Below, piece after piece: positions 12,001 through 24,900 of a DNA stretch of 64,000 nucleotides. Location: positions 850,990 through 914,989 of the forward strand of contig NMRA01000069.1 in assembly GCA_002633005.1 (NCBI GenBank), written 5' to 3'. The first letter of the stretch is position 1, and every line of letters begins with the position of its first letter. A program made the position numbers and the translations under genes. This stretch comes from Phoronis australis. Taxonomy: Eukaryota; Animalia; Phoronida. The notes under the pieces were generated by a model. It saw only the letters and a list, made by a program, of their open reading frames with translations. It ran no database searches and was not told the origin of the DNA.

Positions 12001-15000
12001 TAGCTGAATATTTATAAATAAAGATATGAGTACATATGGGACAGATTTAATGAAATGCGAACGTTCCAAGCTTTGCAGTCTTCACTAGGTATGGCAGGTA
12101 AAGTTTGGTAATTGTCACTGCTGGCAGACTCCCATCACTGACAAATCGTGCATTGCTCAGAACGTTTCGTGCTTTTTATTCATCTTGTTATCTTTTTATT
12201 GAGTCATGTGCTAATTTAGTCTGTGGTAATTACTCTTGCCTGTTTTCACACTTGTCATAACGTCTATGCTGCTTGCTTGTATTATCGCGTCTTTTTCTTG
12301 TTGTAGCTTTCGAGAAGAGTTTGGTGCCGTGGGCCCCAGATAGTGATGTGAAGCTGTGTATGACATGTGGCTCCCCCTTCACGCTGCTTAAGCGACGTCA
12401 CCACTGTCGTCTATGTGGAAGCATAATGTGTGATAAGTGTTCGCATTTCCTGCCATTTACGTTCGCAAGTAAGTCACTCATGTGTTACTGATGCTCAGAG
12501 AATTCTCACCAAATCTCACGCAGTGTGGCAAAGATGAGAAATTTTTCATTTTTATGCGCCCACATATTAATGTGTGGTCATCTCTATCTGAGTGTCCGGT
12601 GTCCGTTGTCCAGCATCCACAGCTGTATCTCCTAAATCTCTCACATGATATTGATGAGATTTGGCAGATGTGGATGACAAATTTCGAACCTCTCCGACTA
12701 CCGGTTTTAGTTTTAACGCTTACCTCTGTTCTTTCGGAGGTTCTCAACGTATTTTCATAAAATTTGGAACATAGGCATCTATTAGTGAGATGACACTATC
12801 CTCTCGTTTTCAGATAGATTCGACGTTGTTTGCACCATCTATTGGCCATTTTTACTGTTTTCGAGTCTGTTTTTTGGCGTCCACCACTCTATCAACCAAA
12901 CCACTCTAAAGATGATTGTGAAAATTGGCATGTATGTTCTTACTATGAAGCGGATGGCTGACGATGATTTTCCAACGACTTTGACTTCTGTGACGCCTCG
13001 TAGTGGCAGTTCTGTTTTTTGTGCCCATGGCGGTATCTCCTAAACCATTTGCAGTATCTTTACTAAATTCAACAAGACTTGATGTTGACAACTGATGAGG
13101 ACGACTTTCGCAGGGATCGGACTACCGGTGCACCCCCTAGTGGCAATTTTATTTTTTTATACGTTTACCTATGGTTCTTCAAAAGCCCTCAACACATTTT
13201 CTTAAAATTTGGGAATTAGGCATCTATTAGTGAGATGACATTATCTCCCATTTGCGTATGGATTCGAGGCATTGTGGCCATTTTAACTGTTTTTGAGTTT
13301 GTTTTTTGGCATCCATCCCTCTGTCCACCAAAGCGCTATAACTATGATTGTGAAAATTGGCATGTATGTTTTTACTATGAAGAAGATGGCTAACGATGAC
13401 TTTTCAATGACTATGACTTCTGTGGTGCCTCTTAGTGGCAGTTTTTTTTTTTGTGCCCATGGCTGTATCTCTCAAACCGTTTGTAGGATCTTTACTAAAT
13501 TTAGCAAGTATATGATGTTAACAACAGATGACGACTTTTGCACAGATCTGACCACCTGTGTGCCTTCTAGTGGCAATTTTTTTATACGCTTACCTCTGTA
13601 TATTCAAAGGTCCTCAATGGACTTTCATAAAATTTGAAATATAGGCATCTGTTGGTGAGGTTATGTTATCCTTCCATTTTCATGTGGATTCGAGGTATTT
13701 TGCGCCACCTAGTGGCTACTGTTTTCAAGTCTGTTTTTGGCACCCACTCTCTACGAACCAAACCATTCTAAAGATGATTTTGAAAATAGGCATATATGCT
13801 CTCAGTTTGAAGAGGACGTTGACGATGACGACTTCGACTAATGTGGTGCCTCCTAGTGGTGGTTTTGTTTTGTTTTGTGCCCATAGCTGTATCTGCTAAA
13901 CTCACTGCAGGATCTTTATTAAATTTAACAATAGACGACAACTTTCAGGCAGACGCTGTGATTCCTAGTGGCAATTTCATTTTTCCCTTTTTCATTTGTT
14001 TGTCCTAAGTTCCTTGACAGATTTTTATGAAATTTGGTAAAACAGTTTTCTATTGAAGAAGTGATGACATGTTCCGTTTTCAGATGAATTGGACGTTTTG
14101 CACCATTTAGTGGTCATTTTTATGATACAAATAAACAACTGAAAAAGCGCACCATATGCGTTGCATTCTTGGGCCCATTTCAACACTCGGCGTTGCATGT
14201 GTTGATTTTTTTTCGTAAAAGTGAAATTGCACTGAATAAAAACTTCATCAAAATTTAAGTTCTAAACAATACCTACCATCCGACAATATTTTCAGAAACC
14301 ATAGGCATTCACAAGTCTTAGAATGAGTGTAAGAACCCCTTGAAAATGAAAAAAATCAATTTCGATAATGAATGCCTTTGTCCAAAACTTGATGAGATTT
14401 CACCGTGACAACTTTTTTAGAAATATGGCTCATTGGAGTCTTTCATGCTTTTGCTGAAGCAGCAATAAATTCTATGACGAATATCAAAGAAAATTTAAAC
14501 CCCGTGTTTTGTAATCTTTTAACAGTAATTGTTTTTGTTTTGAGATAGAACCCCTTCTAAAGTATGGCTTTTAATATGGTGAATTGGAATGTCTTACCAA
14601 AGCACAACACTACAGATAGAATAGCGTTCGTGGATTTTCACATTTTCCTTTTTGATAATTAATGGCCTTTAGATTTTGCTTCTTTTCTTAAGTTGGTAAT
14701 AGTCTCTTGCAGGGGTCCAGTATTTTTAGAACGAGTTTGATGCCTGTTATTCAGTGGCTAAAACTGGTTCTCATTATGACTGAATCTTCTTATTTCAGAG
14801 GAACTTGTTAACCCATCATTTGGTAATGAAACTGTGGGCTTTCTTCGTCGTTCTGGGAGTAACAGTAGTCTAAACTCCATGATGAACCCAGAGGGGGAGC
14901 CTCATGTTCGCTCATGTCTAGAATGCCGGAAACTCCTGGAGAGACGGAGTTACCAGATTCGACAACGAAATGTGAAACCACCGATTTTAGAATTTTACGA

Positions 15001-16263
15001 GGTTGGTATACATGCTTGGGATTCCGAGGCTATGCAGTGTTATTGCAACCCATAATAGTTTGTTTTTCTAAATCACATTTGATCTCGAGACAAAACATTT
15101 ATACTATAAGTAAGAATTATTAGTCTTCATACACGCCATATGTTGGTCGTGATGTGGTCAACATGCGACATGTATGAAGACTAGTAATTCTTACTTATAC
15201 GATATTAACGCACTGGTTTATAACAACACAATGATAATTGTAAAATATTAAGGCTCCATCAAACATTTTTGTGTGAGGTGTGAATCTTAGCGCTTTCTCT
15301 TGATATTGATTTTTGACATTTTGCTTATAAAATAAACATTTATTTTAGAAAATGCGCCAGTTTGTGGAGGAGGCGGACAAGTCTCTCCCTGAATACATGA
15401 TAATGGCAGAGAGTCTGAGGAATGGTGAGCCCACCTATAATCTACAGGAAGCGCAGACAAAGCGACACCGGCTGTGCAAGCTGTACGAGTCCATCGATGC
15501 ACTGAGGTAGGTTGCCCTTGTGAAAGTTGGTCAAACAATGTGGCTTCATCTCTAACGTCACTTCAAGTTTTGTTCAAGACGTGACTGTTAAGACAAACTA
15601 GGAATTGAGCAAAGTGAATCGGAATGTAAAATTGCATGTTTGCTTGTTTTGAAAAATTACATTATGTGCGAGCTGAGTTGTGATTCTGCAAATGTGAAGC
15701 GCTGAATCCTGTGTATTTTCAGCAAAAAGATTGCAAATTTTGGTATGAACAATGAAGACCACCCACCTCCACCATCTGTCTGCAAGCTGCAGTCTTCCAT
15801 ACGACAGTTCGCAGCCTCGTACTTGCAGTTGAACAGCTTCGGTCTTCTGCCGCTGCCGAGCGAGGAGGAACTGAAGAAACTACAGGAGGCCAGGCAGGCA
15901 GAGATCCAACAGCGAATCATGCTGGAGCGGAAACAGTTAGCGGAGGCCCAGGAGAGGGCACGGAGACAGGAGGAGGAAAGACTTCGGCGACAGCAGCATC
16001 AAGTTGATAAGGATTTGTTGAAAGGTCGACCCAAGTCAGGGTCTGTGAAGGGGTCAGGGTGGACTCCACAGGAGGTCGATGCCGGGGGTACGGGGACGTC
16101 AGACGATCCAATGGTGCAACAGATGAACATTATCCGGGGGTACATTAAACAGGCGAGGCAGGCTCAAAAATGGGACGAGGTGCACATGTTGGAGATGAAC
16201 CTTAAGGACTTGCAGACCGAATATATGAAGGAGATGGGGAAGGGTTTCGCTGAGGCGACCTAA
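8945..16263 (+). CDS. RBSN: Rabenosyn-5 (C2H2 finger, FYVE domain, Rab-binding helical hairpin), 503 aa; exons 8945-9089, 10069-10227, 11637-11780, 12307-12468, 14799-15001, 15349-15506, 15723-16263
   Basis: Contains EGFLCPICMKDL..HFESAH (C2H2), GGIDPTMWDAQTIG, RIDRYVVEMNKVLIRLDKL, FYVE motifs WAPD and RRHHCRLCG, and DPMVQQMNIIRGYIKQARQAQKWDEVHMLEMNLKDL (Rbsn domain). All junctions are GT-AG, phases agree, total 1512 nt. Confidence 0.95.
10069..10227 (+). CDS. RBSN: RBSN coding exon 2
   Basis: TTTCTAG acceptor; FFAKTKKKIL...GGIDPTMWDAQTI; donor TTG|GTATGT. Confidence 0.9.
10631..10789 (+). repeat. 40-bp minisatellite, 4 copies, with an internal hairpin
   Basis: Unit ACTTGTGAATAAGGTCCTATGTAACCTTATTGAGACACAG; AATAAGGT/ACCTTATT inverted within each unit. 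Confidence 0.95.
11637..11780 (+). CDS. RBSN: RBSN coding exon 3
   Basis: TTTCAG acceptor; KIRNHTDYF...RIDRYVVEMNKVLIRLDKL; donor AAG|GTAAAG. Confidence 0.92.
12307..12468 (+). CDS. RBSN: RBSN coding exon 4 (FYVE domain)
   Basis: FEKSLVPWAPDSDVKLCMTCG...RRHHCRLCGSIMCDKC; donor CAA|GTAAGT. Confidence 0.95.
12550..14213 (+). mobile_element. Helentron-associated (HINE/DINE-like) element with internal ~430-445-bp tandem repeats
   Basis: Starts TTTTTATGCGCCCACAT, then degenerate GTCC repeats. AAATTTGG..ATAGGCATCTATTAGTGAGATGACA recurs at ~12760, ~13205, ~13630 and ~14030. Ends in a CAACAC..GTGTTG hairpin followed by a T run. Confidence 0.6.
14799..15001 (+). CDS. RBSN: RBSN coding exon 5
   Basis: FYVE insertion and final CLEC pair; donor GAG|GTTGGT. 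Confidence 0.9.
15349..15506 (+). CDS. RBSN: RBSN coding exon 6
   Basis: KMRQFVEEADKSLPEYMIMAESLRNGEPTYNL...LYESIDAL; donor GAG|GTAGGT. Confidence 0.9.
15723..16263 (+). CDS. RBSN: RBSN last coding exon (coiled coil and Rab-binding domain)
   Basis: Contains ORF 15745-16263; TAA stop at 16261-16263. Confidence 0.93.
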
Positions 16264-16700
16264 TGGGAATACTGAGGTGCATGTGTTTGAGATGAAACTG
16301 AAGGTCTTGCAGACAGAATATATGACGGATGGGCGAGGGGTTCATTGAGTCGATGCAAGGAGGATTCTGAGGTGCATGTGTTGGAGGTAAACTTGAAGGA
16401 CTTAGAAGTTCCATACATGAAGGAGAGGGTTAGGGGTTCACTGAGGTGATATAGTGGGGATATTGAGGTGCATGTGTTGGAGATGAACTTGAAGGACTTC
16501 CCGGAAAATATATGCAAAACCTGGGAAGGTTCACTTAGGCGACGCAATGGTATACTGAGGTGCATATGTCGGAGATGAATCTGAAGAATTTACTGGCGGA
16601 GTGTAAGACAGAGGTGGATATTGGTTCACTGAGGCGATGTAATGGCAATACTGTGAACATGTTACTAGCCCAATCTGAAGGGCTTGCAGCAAGGTCTGTT
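16177..16700 (+). repeat. Degenerate ~96-bp tandem repeat running from the RBSN coding end into the 3' UTR
   Basis: GAGGTGCAY..GAGATGAA..GAAGGAC..GGTTCACTGAGGCGA units start at 16177, 16274, 16369, 16465 and 16557, with a degraded unit at ~16653. Confidence 0.9.
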
Positions 16701-19700
16701 AGCTGGTGAAGCAAAGCTAACTGAACGTACTGTATGAAAGAAATGCTTTAGAAAACCGCATTTGAATTTAAAAAGCATCTGAGAGATTGATACTTTAATT
16801 GTGAATGTTGATATAATGATGGTTCTTCGTCTGGGGTGGGCTGCAACTGGCATCCCCACCCAATGGAACCTTAGTAGGATGAGTTCTGTATTTCCTTAAC
16901 ATGAGGGCAGCGCTTCAGTGGAAGAGATGGGAAAGAAATTTATGTACCAGGTTTGAACTTGTCTCTGCCATGCTGGAAATTGTTGTGTGCACTTTGAGCG
17001 TAGATTTTGAAAGGAGTTGTGATGGTTTTTGAGATGGGTTCTGGAGACAGTTTCTCGTGAGAAAAAGCGAGATCATACAAGACCACGCAAAATCATGCGA
17101 ATGAAAGGCAAGTGTTCGAACTTAAATTAGGAAAGTGGCTGCAACTGAATCAACTTTTCCATGAGGTTGGAAGAATGGGTTATGGGAGACGGTTTCAGTT
17201 TCTTGAGCAAGGAATTCTCGCAGCGAGTGTTTCAGGTGTTTGCAATGGGCACCTGGTGTTTTACTGCATTTATTGAGAAACAGTTTGTCGGTGCTATCTT
17301 GTGAGTAGCTAGTACTTAATTCAGGTAGTGTACAAGTGCAGTTGATATTAAAAAGTGACCTCAGCTGAATCTACAAAGAGGTTATTTCCATTGAGAAATG
17401 GCTCATCTCTTAGTCATAGAATACTTATAGGCGACACGGACGTACGGAAGCACTGCCAGCTCGGTAACTATCCTACATGACTGTACAATACGTTGTTGGT
17501 TTCCTCTCCTCCAAGTGTAGTCATTTGTCTCATGTTATATTAATACTCTCTAGACGGTTGTGACGTATGATTGTCATATATGATTTTCATTTATTATATG
17601 ACACATAGGAGGAGCACCATAGGGGGCTGGGGGCTATAGCCCCCCACTTTTTCAGTGCTACGCCGTACATAGTCTATAGGCGGTACACCACAGGGGGGCT
17701 GAAAGGTTTTAGCCCCCTACTTTTTTCATTGCTGCGCTGCCCATGTGACAATGCGAGTAAAAACTGAGTGATTTTCTTATATGACAATGGTATCACTGTC
17801 TAAACCTTCCAATTGTTGTATACGATTTTGTATAGGATTGATGCTATATCAGGAGTAATGTGCTGTTGCTGAATCTAAGGAGTCATGGATCATCTGAATG
17901 CGTAGTATTGTTAAACATATTCTCTCCATTTCACAAGCTATTGTGTTAAAAGTTACTTGTAGGAATTGCTAGTCAGAACAAAAGTTTACAGATTTAGACA
18001 CACTATATCTCAAAGGACAAATCGTACTGAATAACACTGTAGTTTTTCAAGGATCCGAATCTATCGCCAATATAGTTGCTTATGGAAAACATCGAATCGT
18101 AATCAGTTGCAAGACTGTTAAGTCGACAGTGTGATCTCGCTAAAAATTTTAAAAATCGAGGCATAGTCTTTTGACCACGCGTAAATCTTTGTCTGATACT
18201 GCTAAAACATTTTCTGAGTTCACGTAAACCAGGCAAAGTCTTATTGGTCACTGGCAAATCTGTAGTCTGCAAACATATGGCAGCATCATCTGGTGTTCAT
18301 TAGGGAAACGGAATGTCCAAGTTTTGATCTAATCTCTCTCAAAATGTCTTATGACGAGTCCCTGGTCACACCTGCCAGTCGTAGCGAACAGCCTTGTCTA
18401 TTCATAATCAATCCTGGAATCGGAAAGGTTTTCACTAAATAATTTCATTTGCTTGGTGAGACTTGAGAGTTTCATGAGACACAATCGAATACTTACGATG
18501 AATTGGAACATTTTCGACCACCAATGGCTGCCGTCATCCTCATAGTGATGGTCTTGCAGTCTGGTGAGAAGATTCCAATGAACCTAGTTTGAAAAAGTGT
18601 CCAATTTCACACACTACTTGATAGATGGCGTAAGAGCACCTGTCTGCATGAACTGCTTAGTGCGGCAGTTGTAAATGACAACGGGACGACATGGGCTTTG
18701 TGTTCCTTGTGACAAAGTAGAGTTTATGCCCCAGTCCAACAAGTACACTGATGCTCCATGGTTCAAATTGAGCTAATGGTCACCAGTGTAACCAGTGTGA
18801 CGTGCATTTGAACTGCGCCTTTAAATCGACATGTCGTACAAATTAAATAACAATACAATTATTAAGTGTGGAATGAACAAGTGTGTGTGATATGTATCCA
18901 TGACTGAAATGCTAAATTCTTTCTGAATGGAATTCAGAATTTGAAATTGGCTTCAGGGTGATGCAATAGATATTAGGAAGTATGGTGAGACTAGTCACTA
19001 AGATATTGTGCATACCTTGAGTAGGTATATATTGTTGTCTTTCATTTCAGTTACTAGTGTGACATCTATTGGCTCTTTTTAAAGTTTGCCTTGTTGGTGA
19101 ATTATTGGGCAAAACTGACATGGCACATAGTTTGTTAGGAAAGTAACTTTGAGTCTTATATACTAGCACAACACGTCAGCATCCCTTGATGTCGCAAAAG
19201 AATTCAATTACAACATTGTGGAGTGTGTCAATGCTAATTTGTTACTAGTGAAAACATGAATTTTATAATTTACGGAGATGCGCTTCTGAGTAGGACTTAA
19301 GGTCAATGTAAGTGTGTTCATTTGCCTTGTTTTCTGGTTGGATTGTTTATCTACTTACCGGGTAATATTAAAAGTACCTCTTCTACCAATACATGTACCT
19401 GTACTACCATACTTTCCCTGATGAATGCCTTCCCAAAGCACTGTCACAAAAAGCACATTCATCATACCCAGTGTAGTCTTGTGACAAGCCGAGGAGATTT
19501 TCCTTAGTTTATTTTTGTGGTTTCAAAGTGGGTTGGACGTCACAAAACAAAGTTGAGAAACTTTTAGATGTGCCAAACTATTTTAAACTGGTGTGTCTTG
19601 TCTGTGGGGTGCGTTTATTATCGCAGAGGTAGGCTATTTGAGAAATATGGTATACAGGCTTTTAATTCAGTCTACTCCTTTCTTCTGTGCAATATTATGT

Positions 19701-21795
19701 AATATAATTATAAAACAGCATTTTATGTTCACAATTTTTCTAGTCTGTGAGACATTGTGTGCAATTACACCAGCAGCATTTTTTGTTCATTCATATCAGC
19801 AGGGCCGTCCTGGATTACACGGTGATGGAACTTTCCTTTGTCATTAGTCCAGTTTATCAAACTTTTTCACGTCGGTGTTGCAGCCCACATCACAGCAGTT
19901 AATACTTCGTTGGCATTGGAAGGACGAATAGAGTTGTAACCAAGAAAAACTTGCAAAGAATGAGACAACAAATAACATGTGAAACTCCAGTGGCACGAAA
20001 ACGAGGCTGCAAATGTGCCGATAGATGTTTATGGCATTGTGGGCAAATACAGCGAGATTAGAGTGTTGCTGCGAAATCCGGGACTGCCCTATTATTGTCT
20101 AAGTTAACATCCAAGTTGCGAATAGATTATCAAGTATGTTAAAGCTGTGTATCCATAAAACTGCCTTGTTTAGGTGGTTGAAAAATGAAAATTAAATTGG
20201 GCCTTTTACTATAAAATTGGTCACTTGTATTACTCAGGGCTGGCAATGACCCATGATGAAAAAGACGGACATTTTCTAGGGGATGTGTCCTAAAAATACC
20301 GGTAAATAGAATTATGTGACAGAAATATTTTTGTGTTGTAAAATTTAGTGCAAGAAACTTTCTTCATAGATAAAATCAAAACAAGACAAAAAGGAGAAGA
20401 AGAAAAAGAAGTAACTAGAAATCAAAACCAAAAAAGGAAATCCTCTTAAAAGGAAAATTCCAAGCAATCCTTACCATGATGGGATTCCATTTTTATTACC
20501 ATCTCGAAAGCCATTTATGGCATTTCCACATGACTGCATCCACAATCAAGAATTCAAGTTCACGTGTTAGGAAATGGAAGATAATGTCGATTTTCATCTA
20601 AGTTCAGGTGAGGTTATGTGTGCTTTGGGAAGTAGGACGGTGAGGTAAACATGTACAGCTACTAGATGACATCAAACACCTTTGACTGTAATGTCTCTAA
20701 TACTGTCTTGTGATCAGCTCCACTCTGAACATAACGTACAATCCTGGAAATTGTTTAAAACTCCTATTTTTCAGAAATTGAATTCCTTGGAAATCTGCAA
20801 AACCAAAGCAGCACAATACTTGCTCTTGAAATACTGTTCATGCACCAATATAATCACACTAGTTATGAGTTCGGGATGAGTACGTGCAAGCTCGTAAAGT
20901 AGCCAGGAAGCATGCAAGAAAATTAATTCCTTGAGTAATTCTTATTTATTGTCAAGAAAATTAAGACTGGAATAAAAGCTTACAAAAAATTAGCGACGTT
21001 GCGTCCGCATCTCACGGACTTCAGCCAATCTGTTTTCTTAACTTGATGTCTCAAAATTTTCATGCTTTTACTTGGACTTCATTGTTGAAAAAGGTGACTG
21101 GCCCAACATGCTTATTCGAAATTTTTAGACAAGTCGTGCTTTATTTAAATTTCCAACTTTTAATTTAAGTAACCTTATACAGAGCAATGTTAGCAAAAAA
21201 GCAAGGAGAAAGGTATAATACATCAGGACATGCTCCAACAAGCTTACATAGCTTTCTCAAAGTTAGCTAAATACACCTGTAGTCGGAAAAATTGTCTGTG
21301 GACAGGAGGGAACACATCTTTCAAGCTATACTGTCTAGTTGGCAGCTAACAAATCAACACCAGTCCTGTTCTTGGGTGCCAAGCCTTATGTGCATAATTC
21401 CATGTCTACACACTCTTTTACAACTGTACATTCAAACAACTTGCACCTTGTTCAAAAAGAGGCAGCAAATTTGGTTTAATGAATGAATATTAAACACAGC
21501 AACTCACTAGGACACTAAATAAATATCTGAAATTGACTAGGTTTAATTCTCTGCAATTGACATACAATTGGGTGGTGCTCCCACAAATCATACCTCCCTT
21601 GCAGCCATTTTGAAATCTGCAGCAGTAATTACTTAACAAGTACTATTTCAAAAATGGTTTGAAATTTTGTTGATTGAAAAAGACTATAATTATGTTTTTT
21701 GAAAATTTCAACCAATTGTTAGGCTACAGTAACACAATTTTCAACACATAAATTCAACTTGGTGCCTCTTTAAGAGTAAACAATTGTTTCGTATG

Positions 21796-21982
21796 CTATC
21801 TGTTATCCCTGTCCACTTTCTGGTAATTGAATTTCCCCGTCATCTCCTTCGGCAGTGGCTCCCATCCAGGACATGGCACCTGGCCGGGCACTTCGCATAT
21901 GCACCACCTAGGGGCATTGTATCCAAAATTGGCTGGATTCTCTTTCTTCTCCATAGCAAGAGCTTCTTCAGCCAGCTTCTGC
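21796..21982 (-). CDS. MRPS25: MRPS25 exon 4
   Basis: PANFG...[12 protein letters not shown] motif; TAG stop at 21798-21796. Confidence 0.93.
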
Positions 21983-24900
21983 CTGAAAAGATTGAAATTA
22001 AGGTAAAGTAGATGTTCTTTACTGTCCAGTTAATTCAGAAAAAAATAAATTTAAAAGTACATAGAGTGTTATTTAAGTGACATGACTACTGCCTTGGGAC
22101 ATCCCATTTCACACAATGGCCAGAGCTGACCGACCTAATGTTGCGATGATCACAAAAAATCGAGTCTGACATGAAATCAGGTAAAATCTCACCAACTTCT
22201 TCACATTGTGGGTAGTCCCTGCAATTTTTCAAAATACTGACTGGTGGCAGCTACGGTACAAACCTTGAAGATGTAAAATCATTACACATCTTTGGTGGGA
22301 AAAATCAAAAATAAAACTTCACTTGTCTGCCATATCGTGTCCTAAATTGGTGAGATTTTAACATGAGGTAAATTAACACTTCTTGTTTTCTCTGGTTACC
22401 CTGTCAGGACTGCTAACTCACGAAGCTCATAATCTGTAACTTTTGTGCTAAAAATCCATACTTTATTCGTTAAAATTAATAGGATTTGTAAGATTTTAAA
22501 ACAATTTAGATATCAATCAAGAGATGGAGTGAAACAAATGTAAACAAAAATTTCAGTTTCATATTGTGATAACTAAAAAGGTCTACTAACACTAAATACA
22601 TCGCAAACATTTGCTGGTTTCTCCAACCTTCATATCAATATTGAAAAAAAACAAATTAAAGCTGTTTGGTTTGGTATAAAAAAATTGGGTGAAATCACAA
22701 CCAAAGAAATCCTTTCAAGGACAAAAATAGTTGGAGTTGATTTCAAGTTGATTTAAAGTGATGGTAGATCAAAAGAGATGAAAAAGGAGAAAACTGGAAA
22801 TAAAAACCAAAAAAAGAGGAAACCCTCTTTAAAAGAGGAAAATTCCAAGCCCTGGTATTGGCAAAAATGATCAAAATTCAATCGCCGTGTGTTCTTCGAT
22901 GACAGCCGTACTATATAAAGTTTTCAAATAATCAAAGCAAAATTTAACTGCTCCGCCATATTTGGTTCTAATCTGCATGCATGTCAAAAATTTATATATT
23001 AATTAACTTATTTATTTCATTTTTCATTCATCTGTACATATCATTGTTCATTTTATTTATTTATATTATTAATCTATTTATTGTAATTTTGAGGACCATG
23101 TGGTAGATAAGTTTTACACTTACCATGTTTTTTATCCTCTATAAATAAAGTTATTTATTATTACTATTATTGCTATTACTATTACTACTATTATTATTAT
23201 AAAGAAACATTACCATAAATATAAACAATGGCATTAGTTGTTGTCAGAGTGCTTGTAAACCCCTCTATTATCACAAAAACCAACTTTTGATTTAATGAAA
23301 TTGGTCTCAAATTGTGCCTCAACGAAATTTCAACTCTTTGACCGAACTGACACTTCATTATTGCTAGAGTCCCGTCTCTACAACTTGGCTTGTCATGCCG
23401 TGTCATTTTACGCACCACGCATCATGATCTCAAGGAATAATGAATTGTCAGTTCTTCGCAAACCCAGAAATCTCCGCTCGTCTTGGTAAGAATCAAAATA
23501 TTTACCAATTATAGAACACTACCTGATCTAAACCCAAAGGTTTACTTCTTGGGACAGTACATGGGTTTTTCACTGCGCCCTTTTTAATCATTATTTTTAT
23601 TAATTATTAAAATACTTACTCTGTTTTTCCTACCACTTTCTTCACATGATCAATAATAGAGTCTGCAGACTTACTATCACAGTCAATTAATACTTGTTCA
23701 CCAGAATCTGAAATAAGAGGTGCTACATCTGCAGCATAGGACATTGATATCCTCAACAAGACATCCATAATGCAGCCACACTGTATACAAACCATTTTGT
23801 ATGCTCTTTGGTCTGGTTTTCCACTTTTGCGCGAACGCGTAAGGTATAAAAAGGATTGGGGACAAGTGAAATTGTATTTTTTGCTTTTCCCACGAAAGAT
23901 CATTTTACATGCTCGAGGTTTGTACCATAGTTACCACCCGACAATATTTTGAAATGTTGTGGACATTCACAATGATGTTAGAGGCCTTTGAAAAAACGAA
24001 AAATGGCTATTTTGGTAATATTTTTGCAAGAAATATCTGCAATTTTACTGTACCTTAATTACCAAGGGTCGAATAACTCTGTAAGTATTAACAATAGGCC
24101 AACAAAACTGAAAATTCTTGATAACGACAGTTTAATAAAAATCTGTGCTTATGAAGGATCAAAAATCCCATGTGTGATAGAGTTCTTTTGAAAAATCTTG
24201 ATTTTAAACTTGATTGTTGTGACTTCCACAAATGTGATTCTTTTGTTTCAAAACATGACTCAAGGTTTTTTAAAAATGGCTCATTGCTTGAATAGGTCAT
24301 GCTGGGAGAACACTGTCGCATATTTCTATTCAGGAGTTTTTAAACACGACTCACTATAATGTTTGACTGCAGGTAATGAGAACACTTTAATACAGACCAC
24401 AGCTCATACATACATTTGCGAACCTCAAAAACTAATAAGTGGCCACAGCTGCAAGCATTTCACCATAATACATACTCATTACAAGAATTTACCTCAGGAA
24501 TAACTAATGTCTTAATTGCATATGAAGATGATATTTACCCCCAACCATAATGAGAGGAATGAAATGTGATTACTTCTCACCAGCAGCATCTACTCCAAAC
24601 TGGAGTCAAACAATCGAGTACAGAGACGACCTATTCCACTTACACAGTGCTTTAAATCGTCAAAATTTGACAACAGTATGTTTTGAAAATCTAAAGGCTT
24701 TGTTTTATCTACAAATATTAACGCCTAAAAAAGGTTCCAGGTGATCAGTGCAATGGGGTCACTGGAGCGGCTTGCGCTCGTCTGACACAACATGTACCAT
24801 GCTGCGGGCAATAATTTTTTTAACAATAATCCTACAAATGCTTTTTCGCAATAAAACTGAGTAAGTGCATCCCTTAGTTTTAATTTTGGTATAGATACGT

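Noticed and set aside
16242-16254. In-frame slippery heptamer G_GGU_UUC near the RBSN stop (possible -1 ribosomal frameshift into the repeats)
   Set aside because: The -1 frame reads GGG TTT CGC TGA and stops at once. Reaching repeat copy 2 would need a +1 shift.
8945-16263. RBSN lacks the vertebrate NPF repeats and second Rab-binding domain
   Set aside because: A short ~500-aa form is normal for invertebrate rabenosyn (for example Drosophila), so this is not novel.
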